A stretch of DNA of 63,631 nt, counting the filler, from Octopus bimaculoides (taxonomy: Eukaryota), in assembly GCF_001194135.2 (NCBI RefSeq). It is 6 parts of 6 records of this genome, joined end to end, with 100 filler letters (N's around TTAATTAATTAA, not from the genome) between each part and the next. Parts side by side here need not be neighbours in the genome. Positions count along the whole stretch, not along the records: positions 31,804 to 48,438 come from NC_068993.1; positions 48,539 to 59,447 come from NC_068982.1; 4 more parts are not named here. One strand, written 5' to 3'. This document shows positions 39,612 to 51,441 of this stretch, one piece after another. The notes below the pieces were generated by a model that searched no databases, had not been told where the DNA came from, and worked only from the letters and a program-made list of their open reading frames with translations. The first letter of the stretch is position 1. Each line of letters opens with the position of its first letter. The translations under genes and the position numbers were made by a program.

Positions 39612-39797
39612 ACATTTGACGGATATTTGTCTTCATCTTGTTTGTTGCTAACACAACGTTTCGGCTGATATACCCTCCAGCCTTCATCAGGTGTCTTGGG
39701 GAAATTTCCCCAAGACACCTGATGAAGGCTGGAGGGTATATCAGCCCAGACGTTGTGTTAACAGCAAACAAGATGAAGCCAAATATCCGTCAAATGT
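39612..39797. repeat. Zero-loop palindrome: two 93-bp inverted arms with 5 mismatches
   Basis: Centre ggggaaa|tttcccc lies between 39704 and 39705. The arms were aligned base by base, and weaker pairing extends about 13 bp further. Confidence 0.97.
39649..39695 (-). ncRNA. Minimal type I hammerhead ribozyme motif (PLE-type, probably dimer-dependent)
   Basis: 5'-GACAC CUGAUGA A GGCUG GAGGGUAUAU CAGCC GAAAC GUU GUGUU-3'. The core is intact, stem I and stem II are 5 bp each, and stem III is the palindromic ACGU. Confidence 0.72.
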
Positions 39798-39879
39798 TAA
39801 TAATGTAAATAATGTACATAATTCCTCATCTCTTAAATGTAGAACTGTACAGCCGGTTATGTTACGAAATATCTAAATA

Positions 39880-41651
39880 ATACTTTCCGCTCGTTTTCAA
39901 CCTTCTATTAATCTTTTCCTACTCATTTAACAAAAAACACGCTTCTGTAGTCACATTTCCTTTCTCAGTCGCAGCCTTCTTCACCACTTCATCCCCCAAA
40001 GGTTTACGCCTCCATTTCCGCCCTACCCTCCATTCTGCTTCTGCCATCGAACTCATACTCTGCACCACTTCCAGCCGCCTTATGTGTACCACCATTCGTT
40101 CTAACCTTTTCAAAATACACTCTTGACCGCCTTGTCCCTCTCGCTTATTCCACTTTTTTCATGCTGTTCATCCGTTGCACTTTCCACTTTAAACTTTATT
40201 CTCCACCTAAACCAATCTCTCCACGACTTTCTCGCTCATACTAAAGAACACTCACTCTTTCAATCTGTCCCACCCGATACCACTACATCTAATCCACCCC
40301 TCCCTCCCCGATCCACTCGTCCNNNNNNNNNNNNNNNNNNNNNNNNNNNNNNNNNNNNNNNNNNNNNNNNNNNNNNNNNNNNNNNNNNNNNNNNNNNNNN
40401 NNNNNNNNNNNNNNNNNNNNNNNNNNNNNNNNNNNNNNNNNNNNNNNNNNNNNNNNNNNNNNNNNNNNNNNNNNNNNNNNNNNNNNNNNNNNNNNNNNNN
40501 NNNNNNNNNNNNNNNNNNNNNNNNNNNNNNNNNNNNNNNNNNNNNNNNNNNNNNNNNNNNNNNNNNNNNNNNNNNNNNNNNNNNNNNNNNNNNNNNNNNN
40601 NNNNNNNNNNNNNNNNNNNNNNNNNNNNNNNNNNNNNNNNNNNNNNNNNNNNNNNNNNNNNNNNNNNNNNNNNNNNNNNNNNNNNNNNNNNNNNNNNNNN
40701 NNNNNNNNNNNNNNNNNNNNNNNNNNNNNNNNNNNNNNNNNNNNNNNNNNNNNNNNNNNNNNNNNNNNNNNNNNNNNNNNNNNNNNNNNNNNNNNNNNNN
40801 NNNNNNNNNNNNNNNNNNNNNNNNNNNNNNNNNNNNNNNNNNNNNNNNNNNNNNNNNNNNNNNNNNNNNNNNNNNNNNNNNNNNNNNNNNNNNNNNNNNN
40901 NNNNNNNNNNNNNNNNNNNNNNNNNNNNNNNNNNNNNNNNNNNNNNNNNAGTACCTCGACCGTGTCCCTTTTCCCCAAGTAACTTAACCCCCTCACTCAT
41001 TCACGAAACCAACCATGCTCTCCGTCTGTTTATCCCTTTCTCCTACCTTTCTGGCCCCTCTCAACTTCTGTTCGCTCTCGACATTAAATCTTTGTATACG
41101 GTGATCCCGCACAACGAAGGCTTTCTTGCGCGACCTCACTCTCTTGACTCCTTCCTCTCCTTTGTCCAATCCTTCCATCCTGCCCTCGGATTCTGCTGCA
41201 CTATCTCTCACTCTTCCGTCGAATTTCTCGAGATTTCTGTCAACATACACCACTTCGTTCTCACCACCCCTCCATCCACTACAAACACACTGACTCACAC
41301 TCCTACCTTAACTTCTTCTCTTCCCACCCTACCTACTCCAAGCTCTCCATTCCGTACTCCACATTTCTCCGTCTATACCAGCTCTGCCATGACGAACATG
41401 ATTCATGGCTTGCCACTTCATCCTACTTCATCCTACGTCAATATCTCCTCACCATTATTCACACTGCCCTTGTCCGGGCACGATCTGTGGACATGCCTCT
41501 ACACTTTCTCCTCGCACCGTCCCCACCCTTACTCGAACTGTCTTTGCACAAGGGCTACTCGAACTCCCGCCTTTGCCGTCAACTGGAATTAATCTTCTCT
41601 CTCCGCTCTTTTGTGCCATATGGGCTCAACTCACTAACTACCTTCATTTGA
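39880..41651 (+). mobile_element. Decayed PLE ORF (Neptune-like, tentative) with internal gap and RT deletion
   Basis: N-terminus HISFLSRSLLHHFIPKGLRLHF. RT ALDIKSLYTVIPHNEG, SFHPAL...ISHSSVEFLEISV, and a frameshifted SIHYKHTDSHSYL...HP...SIPYS. C-terminus LELIFSLRSFVPYGLN, stop at 41649-41651. Confidence 0.85.
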
Positions 41652-42178
41652 CACCAACCCTAAACGGATTCCCACACATCTCTCACATTCAACTGCACCT
41701 ACACACTTGGATACCCCCTACCTCGGTACCCTTACCACACACACCACTATACAAACACCCATACACACTGTTCAACTCATAACTCACTTGACAGACCATT
41801 AAACACACACCGACAAACAACTTCACACTCCACACATACTAGCACTAAACACTTCTCAGCATCCACACGACACACCATTATCCACACAACGACACGCCAT
41901 TATCTACACACTCATACACACTCTCCAATAGCGTCACCACACACACCACTATACGAGCAGCCCCACACAAATTTTAACTCAGAACACACACCATCATGCA
42001 CTCTCCCACACCTGAACAGAGACAATATATACACACGCACACAACACGCATAGATATAGATAACTTTCGCCCACAAACATACACTACACATGCACACTAT
42101 TTGGTAAAAGACACCACACACATATACACGTGCGCACACTACCTGAACAAGCATACATCAACTACAATACACAACACA

Positions 42179-42215
<37 letters not shown>

Positions 42216-42232
42216 AAATACACAAAACGCAC

Positions 42233-42707
42233 ATGACTAATCTGCAGAGAACGAGCTACCTCATCGATGATAACTCGCCAGTTCACCATCTTTCGAGTTT
42301 GTTGAATCTTCTCGTCAGTAGTGGAGGTTGATGGACGTCCTGCTCTCTCTCTCTCTGCGTCACGCTTGTCCGGCCACTTTCAAAGTTCTCGATCCACTCA
42401 TACACACTTCTACGTGGTAGTGCGTTGTCCCCGTATTGTGCTAAAAGCCTCCATGAATATCAACACCTAACACTCATTCCGACCAGAGAAATGAGATCAC
42501 TGTTCTTTGTTCATCTTTAGTACATATTGCTAGAGGAGCGGCCATGCTTATGCTGTAAAGCCAATAAGAAAATTGGAGCCATTAGGCTCAAACTTTAATC
42601 ATGTGACCACAACTGTACCAATTATAAGCATACATGTGCAGAAAGCAGTGTGGCAGTAATAAAGATATTTTATGGTGACAGTGCCGATAATTTTTTACTC
42701 CCCCTTG
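42233..42707 (-). mobile_element. Mariner 5' fragment: TIR and N-terminal HTH
   Basis: AQYGDNALPRRSVYEWIENFESGRTSV...AGRPSTSTTDEKIQQ...IDEVARSLQISH. The terminus reads TA|CAAGGGGGAGTAAAAAATTATC with TA at 42708-42709. Confidence 0.85.
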
Positions 42708-43399
42708 TATATGTATATGTATACATACGTATACATGCATTCATACATTCATTTTTTATATACATATTTCCATACAAGCATATGCATACATTCATGCCAC
42801 ATGCATACACATCTGCACTTACATACACACACACACACACATCTGTACGTGTACTTACATACATAGACACCTATACATACATAGAAACATATGTACATGC
42901 ATGCTTACATTCATGCATACATGTGTATATACATCCAAGAGAGATATTGCAAGAAGTTGCTTCAATCTCAACGGTTCATTAATTTCTGTACTGTTTGTTT
43001 ATTGAACGTCGTTAGGAATGTCATTATTGGTAAATTAGAGATTATTTTAATTGCTTTCTCACCGCCTTTTCCTCCTCCTTCTCCTCCTCCTCCTTCTCCT
43101 CCTCCTCCCCATAAACCTTGATCTTCCCAGTAATTCAGCGTACTATAATTACAAAAAAATAAATAATTATTAATTATAAATGCTCATGAAACTTGAGAAT
43201 GGGAGAGGAATTTAGTCATTAATCAGAGGAAAATAATCTGTTTTTGTATTTAAGAAGGCAACATTGCATCACATATATAATTGTGTTTGTGCGTGTATCT
43301 AAGTGGTGTGTTTGTTTGCGAGTATATGTGAGTGTATGTATGTATACATACAGNNNNNNNNNNNNNNNNNNNNNNNNNNNNNNNNNNNNNNNNNNNNNN

Positions 43400-43444
<45 letters not shown>

Positions 43445-43480
43445 CACGATTGTATATAGATAGATAGAGAGAGAGAGAGC

Positions 43481-43511
<31 letters not shown>

Positions 43512-43524
43512 CGAGAGAGAGAGA

Positions 43525-43690
43525 GAGGCGTGGGTGTAAGACGTTTGCTTCCCAACCACGTGGTTCCGTGTTCAGTCCCACTGCATGACACCTTAAGCAA
43601 GTGTCTTCTACTATAGCCTAGGGCCGACCAAAGTCTTGTAAGTAGATTTAGCTGATGGAAACTGAAATAAACTCATCTTACATACATATA
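43525..43690 (+). mobile_element. SINE family A 5' half
   Basis: tttgcttcccaaccacgtggttccgtgttcagtcccactgcatgacaccttaagcaagtgtcttctactatagcc. Confidence 0.8.
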
Positions 43691-45445
43691 CATGTACATA
43701 TACATATATATACATATACATATACATTCCAGTATCAGGTCCAAGAGAATCACTCCACTGATGTTGATAATTTGCATAACGGTAATATATACTAAGTTGC
43801 TTAACACTACTACACTTTGCATTTTTTCCTAAATACTGACGTGGTATTTTAATGATAAGCAATTTTCAGCAAAAAAAAAAAAGAATTGTGTAATCCTGCC
43901 AGTTAATTTATTGAATGTGAATGTGCGTTGGTTTTGATTCCCTTAAGGCGGTTTAGACTAATATTTAGAATGTACTTCCGCTCACGTAAAGAAGGTGAAA
44001 ACCAAAATAATATTATGTGTCTTTATATTTACGCATATATTAAGTATGCGCATGAATGTCTGTGTGTGTTGGCGGGGGGGGGGGGGTGAATAGTGTTTCT
44101 TACTCCGAAAAACAGTTCATAGTGTACCGATTCGAACTAGAAAACAATACAATAAGCTCAAGATGGAAATATGTTCTGCTCACGATATGGTCGACTAAAA
44201 TCCTTTCAAAGTGGTTTCCATTATCGCCATAATCAAATAGCTGAAGCCAATAAACGAATAAGGATTAAGGGACTATAAGCATGTCACGGGGCTTGTGGTG
44301 ACATTGGGCACCTTAATATGGGTGCATGTATAGTTATGTATGTTATGTATGTATACGTATGAAGCTGTATGTATGAGTATTTGCGTGTGTATGCGCGTGT
44401 GTGAAGATGTATCTACTTTGAAATTTATATTTAAATGAAAATTAGCATGTGCTTGCATGTGACTTTACGTGTATGTGTTTGTGAGTGAGTTTGGGTATAT
44501 GCATATGAATATCAGTATACATATGTCTCTGTGTTTGACTATATAGGTGGAGTTTTGTGTATATGTGAGCAAGTTTATGTACATGTATATGCATATGCGT
44601 GCATGTGAGAGTGGGTATTTGTCCGCTGGTTTTATGGGCATATCCACGTGCCTGCATATATGTTTATTGTCCTGTGTGTATGTGTATGTATTTTATGTAC
44701 GTATGTATATATGAGTACGTGAGTGTGGATATACATGTTTGCAGTTGTGTATATGTATTTGTGTGTCTGTTTGTATATGTGTTTATGTTTGAGTACTGTG
44801 TATGTTTGTGTGTATGTGTACGTGTGTTCGTCTGTGTACGTATAGGCGTATGTGACCATTCAAGCGTGTGATTGGAAACCTACAATTCTATGAATTACCT
44901 TGGAATCCGTCATCTCACATATCAACAGTCGCTTTGCCACAGCCATTCATCGCATTGTCAACCCATTCAGCATTTCTTGCCGAGTAAAGCCATCAAAGTA
45001 CCTCATCCACCGCATTCAGGTTCTTCTTTAATATATATTTCGTCGTCGTTGTTTACTTTTTATCTTTATCATGTGTAAATCTCTAAAATAACGTAAAGCA
45101 GTTCTTTATATACCGTTTCATTTCGTTTTCTCTATTTTCTTTCTCTCAACCTCTCATTTGCCTCTCTCTCTTTACCTCTTTCTCTCTTTCTTTAATCACA
45201 TGACATCTCTTCCACCCAGTCTGTGACTACACATCACAATCAAAAGTTTTCTCTATATCATCAAGATGCAAACAAGGGGGCCTCTTTGTGTTCACTCGAT
45301 CTGTTGTTAGAAATAACGGCTAAATTCCCCTAACATCAAACACTACCATCTAAATAAAAGGAAGGGCATATTTAGTCTTAGATATATTGTAAGAAATTTG
45401 CATGGGCAACGGCCAATGATGGTCTTCCTCGGTCACGAGTGGACA

Positions 45446-45490
<45 letters not shown>

Positions 45491-45638
45491 NNNNNNNNNN
45501 NNNNNNNNNNNNNNNNNNNNNNNNNNNNNNNNNNNNNNNNNNNNNATATATACTAGTGAATAACAAACGAAAGAAAGCGACACTTAATACGTTTGATAGG
45601 AGTTAGAAATATTTTTAATAACAGTTTGACTAAGTTCC

Positions 45639-45690
45639 ATATGACATAAAGTTTCGTGAGTGCGTAGAACGGACATAACTCATCAGATAT
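45639..45690 (-). ncRNA. Candidate degenerate type I hammerhead motif
   Basis: AUAU CUGAUGA GU...AC GAAAC UUUAU GUC AUAU. The core and a 4-bp stem I are present, but stem II is weak. Confidence 0.4.
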
Positions 45691-46644
45691 CGGGATATCT
45701 GATGAAATGGAGCTGCGTCAAATTTCTATACGGAACCGATAAAATATAGTACTAATATTTATGCTTGAGTCTTCGAGTCTTCTGTATGCCGCCCAATAAA
45801 CTTTGGTCTGGTTTCCATTTAAGCACCAATGTTATCTACAGAAGTTAAATGTCGTCGTCGTCATCGTTGTAGTTGTTTTTTGCTTTGTTTTGTTTTGTGT
45901 TCAAAGCGTAGGCGCTCGTGCCCATTATCTTTCTAGTCCTTCAGACTGAAAAGCGATAACTGCGGTTTATGTCCAACGTAAACATTTCTATGTCAATGTC
46001 TGCAAGAAAAATGGCACCAGAGAATTTTGGACAAGACGCTTTCCACTAAAAGACTTCTACTAAACCTATTTAGAATCAAGGTGGTTGTTTGAATTCAGGC
46101 GTAAATCTAAGATTGTAAATATTCCATCGGAAATATTTATTAATATATTTGTGTTAGTATGAATTAGCCCATTGCACTCGAGTAGAACAGCCTACTCCAG
46201 CGATGTCTTAGCCAAAAGTTGAAATATGAATTAATCGAATTTATTGAAAGGCAAAATCTCAGCGTTGCCAAGTTTTAAGCTACTTTTGTAATCATTTCTT
46301 ATCGCTCGCTTTATTGCTTTTCACTCATTTTCTTCGTCCCCCTGTCATTTTATCTCCCACCGTCGTGTATGAACACACACACACACTCACAGAGATGCAC
46401 GCTCACATACACATGCGCGCACACACACAAGCATACACAACCACACATACATATACGTTATTCTATCTATTAATGAAATTTTCTAACAATGAGTCTTTCA
46501 TATTTTCCATATATGTATGTGTCTCTTTCTATATATGTGTGTGAGTACATGTGTATGTGTGTGTGTGTATATATGTGTGTTTATATGTATGTGTATGTGT
46601 TTGTATACCTGTGAATGCCTATAGATATACATTTACATACACAC

Positions 46645-46675
<31 letters not shown>

Positions 46676-46681
46676 CATATA

Positions 46682-46733
<52 letters not shown>

Positions 46734-47548
46734 NNNNNNNNNNNNNNNNNNNNNNNNNNNNNNNNNNNNNNNNNNNNNNNNNNNNNNNNNNNNNNNNNNN
46801 NNNNNNNNNNNNNNNNNNNNNNNNNNNNNNNNNNNNNNNNNNNNNNNNNNNNNNNNNNNNNNNNNNNNNNNNNNNNNNNNNNNNNNNNNNNNNNNNNNNN
46901 NNNNNNNNNNNNNNNNNNNNNNNNNNNNNNNNNNNNNNNNNNNNNNNNNNNNNNNNNNNNNNNNNNNNNNNNNNNNNNNNNNNNNNNNNNNNNNNNNNNN
47001 NNNNNNNNNNNNNNNNNNNNNNNNNNNNNNNNNNNNNNNNNNNNNNNNNNNNNNNNNNNNNNNNNNNNNNNNNNNNNNNNNNNNNNNNNNNNNNNNNNNN
47101 NNNNNNNNNNNNNNNNNNNNNNNNNNNNNNNNNNNNNNNNNNNNNNNNNNNNNNNNNNNNNNNNNNNNNNNNNNNNNNNNNNNNNNNNNNNNNNNNNNNN
47201 NNNNNNNNNNNNNNNNNNNNNNNNNNNNNNNNNNNNNNNNNNNNNNNNNNNNNNNNNNGGTTTATTCACGAAATATGTTTTTATTAACATCCTCGCATTT
47301 CTATCTTGAATATGTAAAAAATGTAATATTATTATGTGACTTGGCTACTTTCCAGTGTAATTTCCATCTATTTGAATTCTAGCAATGCGCATGCGTCAAT
47401 ATCTAATCCGCCTTGAACAAAATAATTAACAAAACTTACCATCACAATATTTATAGGTGGTGAGGGTCATAGAAGGAAGTGAGCAAGAAGTTGAAGAGAT
47501 ACAAATAATAAAAAAAACTCCTGTAAGCCTAATATTAGTTTTGTATAT

Positions 47549-47770
47549 GGTACCGAGCTGGTAGAACCGTTACCATGCCGGACAAAAACCTTAACGGCAT
47601 TTTGTCTACCTTCACGTTATGAGTTCAAATTCCGCCGAGGTCGACTTTACCTTTCATCCTTTCGGAATCGATGAATCAAAATAAGTACCAGACAAGGACT
47701 GGAGTCAATGTAATTGAGTTACCTCTTCCTCGAAATTGCATGCCTGGTGTTCAAATTTGAAATCAATATT
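47549..47770 (+). mobile_element. SINE family C copy
   Basis: gagttcaaattccgccgaggtcgactttacctttcatcctttcgg...aataagtacc, shared with the 56372 and 56597 copies. Confidence 0.8.
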
Positions 47771-47838
47771 GGCTTTATCAGCTTCAATTGTTTGAAAATG
47801 ACACAGATCAAGTAATATTCAAATGATCAATCAAACTA

Positions 47839-47952
47839 CATTGTTATACCATATGGGAGCATTGTTGTACCATATGGGAGCATTGTTGTACCATATGGGA
47901 GCATTGTTGTACCATATGGGAGCATTGTTGTACCATATGGGAGCATTGTTGT
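47839..47952. repeat. 21-bp minisatellite, 5 perfect copies plus a partial
   Basis: accatatgggagcattgttgt at 47848, 47869, 47890, 47911 and 47932. Confidence 0.97.
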
Positions 47953-48438
47953 GTCATATCGCATACCTACACAAGTTTTCGCCGAATTTGTTTCTTTATC
48001 ACTTTAGGAACAGTGGATGTTTTAAAATAAAATTTTCCAGCGATATCCTTGTAATGGTGTAGATTCAACCTATATCAGAATTTATGAAAACCTCTTTCGC
48101 TCCCACCAAAGCAGAATCTGTTGAGTTTTCCGAAACTGGTCTCTCGATTTGCGGAAAATGGTTTTCACAACAAATTCCGATATAATTGGAATTTATCAAC
48201 TTTCTTTCGTCCAGAAAAGTAAGTAATACTTATAGTAATATAAAGCAATACAGCTTATTACAGTTATGCACACACGCGCACACACACACACACACACACA
48301 CATTTTATTATCTATGTCCTTATAAAAAGCAAAGTTTGTTTTCACATGACCCGATTTTTTGCCTCATAACTTTCAGGGAAATGGGTATGTTGTATATAAA
48401 AGTTTATAGAAATACCTTTCAAGCGGCATAGATTACAA

Positions 48439-48538
48439 NNNNNNNNNNNNNNNNNNNNNNNNNNNNNNNNNNNNNNNNNNNNTTAATTAATTAANNNNNN
48501 NNNNNNNNNNNNNNNNNNNNNNNNNNNNNNNNNNNNNN
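48439..48538. other. Artificial linker 3
   Basis: 44 N + TTAATTAATTAA + 44 N. Confidence 0.95.
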
Positions 48539-48576
48539 CAGCTACTCCTGAGCCTTACACATATATACACACATGA

Positions 48577-48627
<51 letters not shown>

Positions 48628-49190
48628 CATAAATATGCACATAAATATATACTTATATGGTTACATACACACACACACACACACACATATTCATACAAAG
48701 ATACCCACCTACCTACTTACCTACCAACCTACCTACGTATCTAACTACCTATCTACACACTATCTATCTACACACTATCTATCTACATACAAACATACAT
48801 ACGTATACAAGATCTAGCCATTTACAAATTAGAAAAGTGTTACTGAGATCAGTGAGCAAAGAGGTCACAGAATTGTGACAAAAGACTTCGATGCCCATAC
48901 AAGTTATTAAAGAAGAAAGAAGTTAATAATTATAAAATAATCAATTAATGTGTTTGTTTAATTATAGACAAAGGGAAATTGAAGAAAAAAATTGCTTCCA
49001 AATACGATAGCAGCTTAAAAAATATGTTAGCTAATCACAAACGAAGACGTAATAATATGCGAGAAGAAAGGGATTAGGAACTGCGGCGGCGAGAGTCATT
49101 GACACCCCTGTGAGATTGGAAGAATGGAATGACCGAACTCTTATAAAGTGAAGCAAATTGGTTGAGACGAGAGAGGTCGTAGGAGTCGTT

Positions 49191-49314
49191 GAGTGTTCGT
49201 GGAAGTTGTAGGAAGTCGTTGAGAGTTCGTGGAAGTTGTAGGAAGTCGTTGAGAGTTCGTGGAAGTTGTAGGAAGTCGTTGAGAGTTCGTGGAAGTTGTA
49301 GGAAGTCGTTGAGA
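49191..49314. repeat. 30-bp minisatellite, 4 copies plus a partial
   Basis: gagagttcgtggaagttgtaggaagtcgtt at 49191 (one substitution), 49221, 49251 and 49281. Confidence 0.97.
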
Positions 49315-49590
49315 TCGTTGAGAGTTTGTATTTATCGGAGTATCGTGTTTAGTGGAGTAATTTGAAGTACGTCGTGTGCAGAGAGTTGTGTCTATCCTTG
49401 CTTTGTGAAATCTGTATATCCAACGTATAGAAGGATATAAAAGGAACCAAGATACGAAGTAATGCGTATTGCAATGCAAGCAGTAAAGATGTACTAGACT
49501 TCAAGCCCGTTTGATATTCACTCTGTTATTATATTTGAAAGAAGCTTTTAAACGCAGTCATTGGCAAATACATGCACGTATATATCTAGA

Positions 49591-50077
49591 TTTGTGGTAA
49601 GAAGTTGGTTTCCCAAACACATGGTTCCAGGTTCGGTCTCACTGCATGGCACCTTGGGCGAGTGCCTTCTACTGTACCCTCGGTGCGACCAAAGCCTTGT
49701 GTATGGATTTGGTAGACGGAAACTGAAAAGAAGCGTGTCGTACACACACATACATGTTTTGGCACTAGGTGGATTGATGAGGATGTATTCTATTGCGCCT
49801 ATAATAACAGCCTGCTCACGAACTGGCAAAGCGCATATCTTGTGTATGTGTGTTTGTGTGTATGTTTGTGTCTGTGTTTGTGTTTGCTCCCTACCACCGC
49901 TCGACAGCCTATGTTGGTGTGTTGATGTCCTCGTAACCTAGCGGTTCGGAAAAAAGAACCGATAGTATAAGCACCAGGCTTAAAAAGGAAATAAAATATA
50001 TATTGGGGTCGATTCATTCAACAGAAAGTTCTTCAAGGCGGTGCTCCAGTATGGTCGTAATCCAATTACTTAAACAA
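49591..50077 (+). mobile_element. SINE family A, full length
   Basis: Head, ccttgggcgagtg central part, microsatellite spacer and 3' half (cgctcgacagcc...gatagtataagcacc...ggcggtgctccagtatgg). Confidence 0.82.
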
Positions 50078-50735
50078 GTGGTTGTGTGATAAGCAGCTTG
50101 CTTACCNNNNNNNNNNNNNNNNNNNNNNNNNNNNNNNNNNNNNNNNNNNNNNNNNNNNNNNNNNNNNNNNNNNNNNNNNNNNNNNNNNNNNNNNNNNNNN
50201 NNNNNNNNNNNNNNNNNNNNNNNNNNNNNNNNNNNNNNNNNNNNNNNNNNNNNNNNNNNNNNNNNNNNNNNNNNNNNNNNNNNNNNNNNNNNNNNNNNNN
50301 NNNNNNNNNNNNNNNNNNNNNNNNNNNNNNNNNNNNNNNNNNNNNNNNNNNNNNNNNNNNNNNNNNNNNNNNNNNNNNNNNNNNNNNNNNNNNNNNNNNN
50401 NNNNNNNNNNNNNNNNNNNNNNNNNNNNNNNNNNNNNNNNNNNNNNNNNNNNNNNNNNNNNNNNNNNNNNNNNNNNNNNNNNNNNNNNNNNNNNNNNNNN
50501 NNNNNNNNNNNNNNNNNNNNNNNNNNNNNNNNNNNNNNNNNNNCCCCCAACATCGCTTGACAACCGATGCTGGTGTGTTTACGTCCCCGTAACTTAGCGG
50601 TTCGGCAAAAGAGATCGATAGAATAAGTACTAGGCTTCCAAAGAATAAATCCTGGGGTCGATTTTCTCGACTAAAGGCGGTGCTCCAGCATGGCCACAAT
50701 CAAACAAGTAAAAGAGTAAAAGAGTAAAGAGTATA
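50078..50735 (+). mobile_element. Second SINE family A copy abutting the first; middle lies in a gap
   Basis: Head gtggttgtgtgataagcagcttgcttacc precedes gap 50107-50542. The 3' half and a gagtaaaa tail follow it. Confidence 0.7.
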
Positions 50736-51393
50736 CAATAGTAACGTGATATAATTACGTTTTATCATCGTAATCAAAATTACAATTTTTTTTTCATCTT
50801 CCATATTAATTAATAATTCAAATAAATCTACATTTGCTGTCAGTTAATTATAACTTCATTCTTTTTTTATTCAATAAATTTGCATCTGCAATTACAATCA
50901 CGTGTTTTTCACGTGACCATAAATAACATTTCTGTCTCCTTCGCTTAGTTTGGCTGAATTTGTGATACGCTATTTCACCTTAAAATCTATTGTCTTAGAT
51001 TTCAGATTAAAGTCATCATTGTATATATCATAGTTCTTTGAATTTTCGCTATCCTGTCTGTTAGGTTACTATACTAAGCTGGGGGATTTGTGATTTATTA
51101 ATAGCTTTGTTGTGATAAATACACTGAGATGTAGTCTATAGTATTTGACATGATTTACAACAGCTAATTTTCCAAAACGACCAGAACTTATATTCTAACT
51201 CTTTATTTATATATTTCTTTTCCCTCTCTTTCTCTTTTATCTTTGAATTTCTCGACTGATCTTATAAAAACGGAAGTCCATTGGATAACGTAATCATAAA
51301 CACAGTTTGTTTGAAGCTAAGACAGAAAATAGACTCAGTTGGAATGTCTTTGATCACAGATCTAAATGACCGGGGCTGACATAAGGCTCAACG

Positions 51394-51441
<48 letters not shown>

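Noticed and set aside
47839-49314. 21-bp and 30-bp repeats as CRISPR arrays
   Set aside because: No unique spacers, no cas genes, and the context is eukaryotic.
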